A stretch of DNA of 56,407 bases, the filler included, from Sphacelaria rigidula (Eukaryota): the NCBI GenBank assembly GCA_964200075.2. It is 2 parts of 2 records of this genome, joined end to end, with 100 filler letters (N's around TTAATTAATTAA, not from the genome) between each part and the next. Parts side by side here need not be neighbours in the genome. Positions count along the whole stretch, not along the records: positions 28,334 to 56,407 come from CAXNAA020000104.1; 1 more part is not named here. One strand, 5' to 3'. The position numbers and the translations under genes are program-made. This document shows positions 51,496 to 56,407 of the stretch, one piece after another. Each line of letters starts with the position of its first letter. Within the stretch, counting starts at the first letter, position 1. The notes below the pieces were generated by a model. It saw nothing but the letters and a program-made list of their open reading frames with translations. It did not search any database and was not told the origin of the DNA.

Positions 51496-54060
51496 TGTGG
51501 CCGTAGGGGTGTACATATTCGACACAGGGTTATGTGCATGAGACTGGTCAGCCATGTAGCCACTGTATATATTTGCATGTAACAATTGCGTGACGGACGG
51601 AACACTCTGGATAAGAAAACAGCAACCGGTACCCGTGGTTGCAGTATTTCAGCGACCATCACGGATCTGCGCGTGAAGTAGTCTACCCGCGCACTGCCTC
51701 TCTGCTGGTGGGGTGCGATGCACGCAACGAACACGCAATATTTTCTCATGTTCTTCGCTTGCTCACCTATATATGCACCTGCCCTGAGAAAATGACGGAA
51801 CAAGAATATCCGTCCCGTCTCGCGGAGTATCCCGCAATATTGTGGTCCCGTAAGAATTCCTGATCTCGACATTGCACGTGGTCATTATTGCTCTAGCTTG
51901 CAATGTCTGACCATGGAGTCATAGCCATATTTCCACGTTCAGACGGGGTGATGAACAAAACATCATCTTGCCAAAACCGATGTGAGGCCGTGGAATAGCC
52001 AACGTTTCTTCCCCCTGTGATATATGTAGGGGGGTAGACCCTACCCTCCCGTGTGTCACACATATGTCCAATTTAGAGCGTAGTGTGTACCTGGTGAAAA
52101 TTCGGCTGTCCTACAGTGGCAAACTCCTGCATCCCCCTTCCGGGGCACAATAGACAAGCCACATGCCAATACGAAGTGGTTGGCACGCGGATACATGAAA
52201 TCCATATGAGTTATTTATTCTGTAACGTACGCCATATAACACATGTACACTTGACGCGGGTCTGCTCGTGTCTACCCCCGCAAAGACACCGACATGTCAC
52301 TCCTAAGCACTCGTTTGTGTTGCGTTACTCTTCTAGGGGCACTCGTTGAAAGATAGCCGAACACTCTTCAATAAAATCTTCTACACCCTTCCCCCCCCTC
52401 CCATCCGTCCCTGACGCTCGCGCCTTGATGAATCACAGAAGGAAAGAGTTATATGTTTGAGCAGCTCAGCGGATGAGAATCCATGTGTAAGCTCGTCTAG
52501 TAGCTTGTGCGCCATTAGAAGTATACAGTGACACGCGCATGGCATAAGTAAGACTAGTGATTCGAGTTCAGAGTCATCGTACGACATGGAGGGGGGGGGG
52601 GGTATTTTCGGCCATTTCTTCAACGAAAAAGCCCCTTCAAATCGCCGCTGAATGCAGAAATTTGTGTTGGAATGCGCTTGACACCACAAATCATACTGCT
52701 TTACACAATTGCTTGACATCGTTTTCACCTAACTACAAGCGCACCGCGAGTGTGTAAGGTATTCTCATACACCTACGAGCCCCTGTTTTTTGTGAAATCC
52801 CCCCCTCCCCCCTATCGTAGCATCTCTCTCCGGCGATCTGGTCCTCTGTGTCACCTGTCACTGATGAACTGAAGCAACAGCTCGGTCATGTCTCAATATT
52901 TTCCCACACTGTTGGCAGAAGGTACGCACTTTCAGAACAAACGTGCGCCGGACCGAGAGTCCTAGATGCAGCACCAATTGGCGGCGACACGCAAATAGAA
53001 ATCGAAGGGAAAAAAATCGAGAGTTTGTACTGTACCAGAAAATCAGTCGCAAACGCCGCTTGACAATAAGCTACTGGAAATTCCCTTTTCGGTTCAGTTT
53101 GCACGGTTTTTCTCTTTTTTTTTTCATCTGTCTATCTCGTTTCTCGAGCTTCCTGCAGCAAGTCTCCCCGTTCACGTTCGTTGGATACGCATGTCTATCG
53201 AATGACCATGGCTACTGTAGATTCGTGCCGGATCAGTGAATGTACGAGAATCAACCAATGAAATGCACGGAACGAGACAATCAGCGGCGTGATGGCATAC
53301 GACGACTAGACTACATGCGAAGAATTCTTCAACTCAAATGCCGAATACATACACTTTACTTACTTAAATCACACGTCTACGCCTCCTACATACGAAGGAC
53401 TCCGTACTGTACAATACTATCTCACTGGGCCCACTTTTCGACTCAATAAAAACATAAATCAGCGCGAAGAAAAAAACAAGAGAAAAGGAGAAGAAAAAAT
53501 TGGCGGCGGTGGCTCGGGAAAACACACGCACGCACACACACATACACACACACGGATGACGTACAGCCAGCGTTCAATGACAACCATGTTTTATCGGGCA
53601 ACAGGGGAAATTTTACACCCTAGAGGTAACATCACAAGCCAACCGCAACGCGGATTTCAAAGAGCCCTCGATCGCCATGGCGCGCGCATCGGGCATATCC
53701 TTCTCATCAGCAGAAGACATCCCGTCGAGATCACCGGCGCCGCCTGGACCGCGAGCTGGGTCGTCTCTCTGAGCTTTAAAGAGCTCCTTCACCTGTTGAC
53801 AGCAACCGCGAGAAGTAAGTTAGTCGTCGATATTCATGCGATTAAAAATTACATTCAAATGACACCTCGTACGGTAGTGCGTGGTATAGACCGCACAAGC
53901 CAGCAGACGCGCAGCAGGATTGTCTGTGCGACAAATACAATTTCAGCAGGGACGTGTGTGGAACTAACGGGCGCTTTGGTTTTCATGCAACATTGCCGTT
54001 CGGGGGAGCGAGGGGAAAAAATACTTCGTCCCCTGCATTTGAACAGTCAGAGAAATCGTA

Positions 54061-55450
54061 CAGGCTGGTTCACACTTTCGGCCCAAAGAAAAACTGATTA
54101 GCAAATGCCTCCCGGGATACCTACACAATTGTCCCAAGCATGATATCATACTGACCGCCATGGACAACTGAAGCCGGTGACGTAGCCGGATTCTTGTTGA
54201 AGGCCAAAATGGTGGCCCTCAGGGTGAAAAATGGGTGACAAGGTACCTTGACCTATCAGCGATCGTGAAATTGTTCTGAATATTGAAATGCGAATTCCCA
54301 ACCCAAATTCTACCTAATCACCACATGCTTCGTGTTGCAGTAACCGCCATCCGCTCGGGAACCCGAGAGAAAATACAGATTTGAAAACGGTTTCCATGAG
54401 ATCGAATTCTACCCAAATCCATAGTATTGCAGTGTTGTGGGGTTTTGGCATCGTCGGATCTCCACTGATGATGCGCAGAAAAACTCCCGACGGTTCTCTT
54501 TATACAAAATTGTAGGACACCTCCGACCGTCCTAAAACTTGCCCGTGCGGTAGGTATTGACGCTTCAAAGGGGAAAAATGAATTGTTGAAATATTTCAAA
54601 GTGTGTCTGCGCTTTACCGGCTTTCGGGAGTCCTTGCATAAATACCTTTAGAGGCCGGTATAGAATGAATGCCTGAAATAAAATAATGAATGAAAAATTA
54701 TGCGTCGTGGCTAAGTTCTAGGAACATCTGTAAGTAGTGTCGTTGCGTGACTCAAAAATCTGATGCACTGGGGTCGTGCTAACGTGAAACGTACCCGAAA
54801 AAGTCGTTTCAATACTAGAACGAATTAGTCAGGAGTTTATATCTTTCCATCATGTGACCACGGCTGGATCCCTGGGGGGTCGATGAAGGTGCGATAATCC
54901 ATCAGTCAACCAAATCAAAATCAATCAAGCCCACTTCGTTGCTCGAAATCTCAAATGTTCACGCTGATTCTTGGGGCTACACCCAGAAAAAATGTACACA
55001 GATACTATAGGATATTTCGGAGCTTTGAACAAACGGGTTTTGGGCGGGGGGGGGGGGGGGTCCACCGAATTTCGAGGGTCCAAGAATAGCATGCTGTTTC
55101 CCAGGACCCTGGCACGCCCGGAAACCGGCGAAAACAAAAAAAAGAANNNNNNNNNNAATAACTAGTATTTATGGCTGGTCTGGTATACTGGTTCTTCGTG
55201 ATGGCGCTGGCGGTGGGAGGGGGGGTGTGGGGGTTCCACCGAATTTCGAGGGTCCAAGAATAGCATGCTGTTTCCCAGGACCCTGGCACGCCCGATAACC
55301 GGCGAAAACAAAAAAACGAAAGAGTCCATCACTTGGAAGTTTCGGAACTTCCAATAGTATATATGTGCAAATTTTCAGAGTCTAACGCCAAGAAGCGGCG
55401 TGAACACTTGCGAATGAGTAAATTTCGGGTCGAAAGCGTGAACCAGCCTG
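54061..55450. mobile_element. Non-autonomous Tc1/mariner-like element (~1.39 kb including a 10-N gap)
   Basis: TA at 54059-54060 and 55451-55452. 24-bp TIRs CAGGCTGGTTCACACTTTCGGCCC and (reverse complement) CAGGCTGGTTCACGCTTTCGACCC, 22/24 identical, beginning CAG. No transposase ORF recognised inside. Confidence 0.8.
55061..55316 (+). repeat. ~80 bp near-identical direct repeat flanking the 10-N gap
   Basis: tccaccgaatttcgagggtccaagaatagcatgctgtttcccaggaccctggcacgcccg..aaccggcgaaaacaaaaaaa at 55061 and 55235. Confidence 0.85.
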
Positions 55451-56039
55451 TACACAGACAGATTTCGAGTGCCCCCCGTGCGACCAGGTGAACAAACCAT
55501 TTGCTACTACCCCCCACCCCCATTCCTTCCCCTTCGACGAAAACACGCGACGTTACTGTGCTATTAATAGACGGCAACCTTTCCGAGACACCTACTAAAT
55601 TTAAGTGGCACGCGAATTTCTGATGGAACATAATCAGGATATCTGATTGGCTGATGTTCCTTGCTCAAGAATAAAAACAAAACACCGTCCGTCGAAACGT
55701 CTTTTTATGCTTGCTTTTCTGTTTCATATGTTGAGGATGTGAGGAGCAAGTGCCCAGAAATTCCCCTCTTGGCGAGACTTTATGCTACCCATGACTTGTT
55801 CTACACCCCTCTTTCAAATAGACTCTGTTGTTGCGTCACCGAGAGGTCGAATTTTGTTTTTCCGCCCACTCCTCGCCCCCCCTTTTCATTTTGCACCATT
55901 TCCATTCGTTGTTCAACAAGTGAAGCACACATATCCATTGTTTTGCACGTCTCAATACACTGGGCACGGTCAGAATACGGTCAGCCGTTACAGCACCGTT
56001 GGGCAAGCTATGCACCCTCGACCCCCGACTCCCCTACAT

Positions 56040-56407
56040 ACCCCCTATGGGCTTGGCGTTGGTTGGCAACGACGCTGTGAAACACGTCGCTTACTGCGTA
56101 AGCTAGGCAATCTGGTTACCGATTTTTTGCGCTTGAGTTTTTTTTTGCGGTAACCATGACGGTGGTCGAGCTGGATGATATTGTGCGGGGGGGGAAGAAC
56201 CTCCACTCCACGCAAAGGAGGTGGTGGTACTACGAGATGTTCAAATGGTGAGACACCCGTGAGGCAGTGCATAAGCCGTGGCTGTCTCTGGAAGTGGCGA
56301 GACCAGAAAATGAAGTGACTCATTGGAGGCTAACATCCAAATGCAAGATGCTTAGTACGCTTCAGGCCGGATAATCTTAGCAGGATGCAGCTCACCCTTC
56401 ATACGAC
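56040..56407 (-). repeat. Dispersed repeat family A body, inverted copy running off the window end
   Basis: The reverse complement aligns with 26478-26855 (cctgctaagatt..cggcc.gaagcgtact, cgccacttccagaga.agccacggct, catggttaccgcaaaaaa, ttgcctagcttacgcag). Confidence 0.85.

Noticed and set aside
55329-55631. VFVEGEGMGVGG as the missing HECT exon
   Set aside because: Wrong strand for the HERC-like gene, and the flanking residues are not HECT-like.
26478-56407. Giant TIR transposon bounded by the inverted 370-bp repeats
   Set aside because: The copies are clearly diverged, belong to a dispersed family with other copies here, and are separated by an artificial joiner.

Overview
Eukaryotic, intron-rich DNA of roughly 50% GC. 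Gene style, a bipartite plastid leader and the repeat load suggest a brown alga or another photosynthetic stramenopile (inference). Left part: a minus-strand grpE gene (3' exon not found) sits head-to-head with a giant plus-strand HERC-like E3 ligase gene. That gene has 10 phase-consistent exons at 8341-26200 (about 4,590 codons: N-myristoyl motif, RCC1 repeats, LamG, Di19-type zinc finger, UBA, acidic tract, FN3, SPRY, start of HECT); its catalytic HECT exons are not in the window. An artificial N44-TTAATTAATTAA-N44 joiner lies at 28234-28333, so adjacency across it is unproven. Right part: a spliced, probably pseudogenised protein kinase gene (28486-35999), one of whose exons is triplicated and forms a fold-back hairpin. 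Several MITE-like and Tc1/mariner-like non-autonomous elements are present. The most unusual feature is a non-coding array of about 28 units of about 230 bp (43790-50060). Each unit carries a conserved ~105 nt nested dyad with an 18-nt variable loop, the array has a 9-unit higher-order duplication, and it is followed by about 13 units of ~93 bp built from the left half of the same core (50320-51495). No CRISPR, rRNA or tRNA genes were recognised. All alignments and counts were done by eye.
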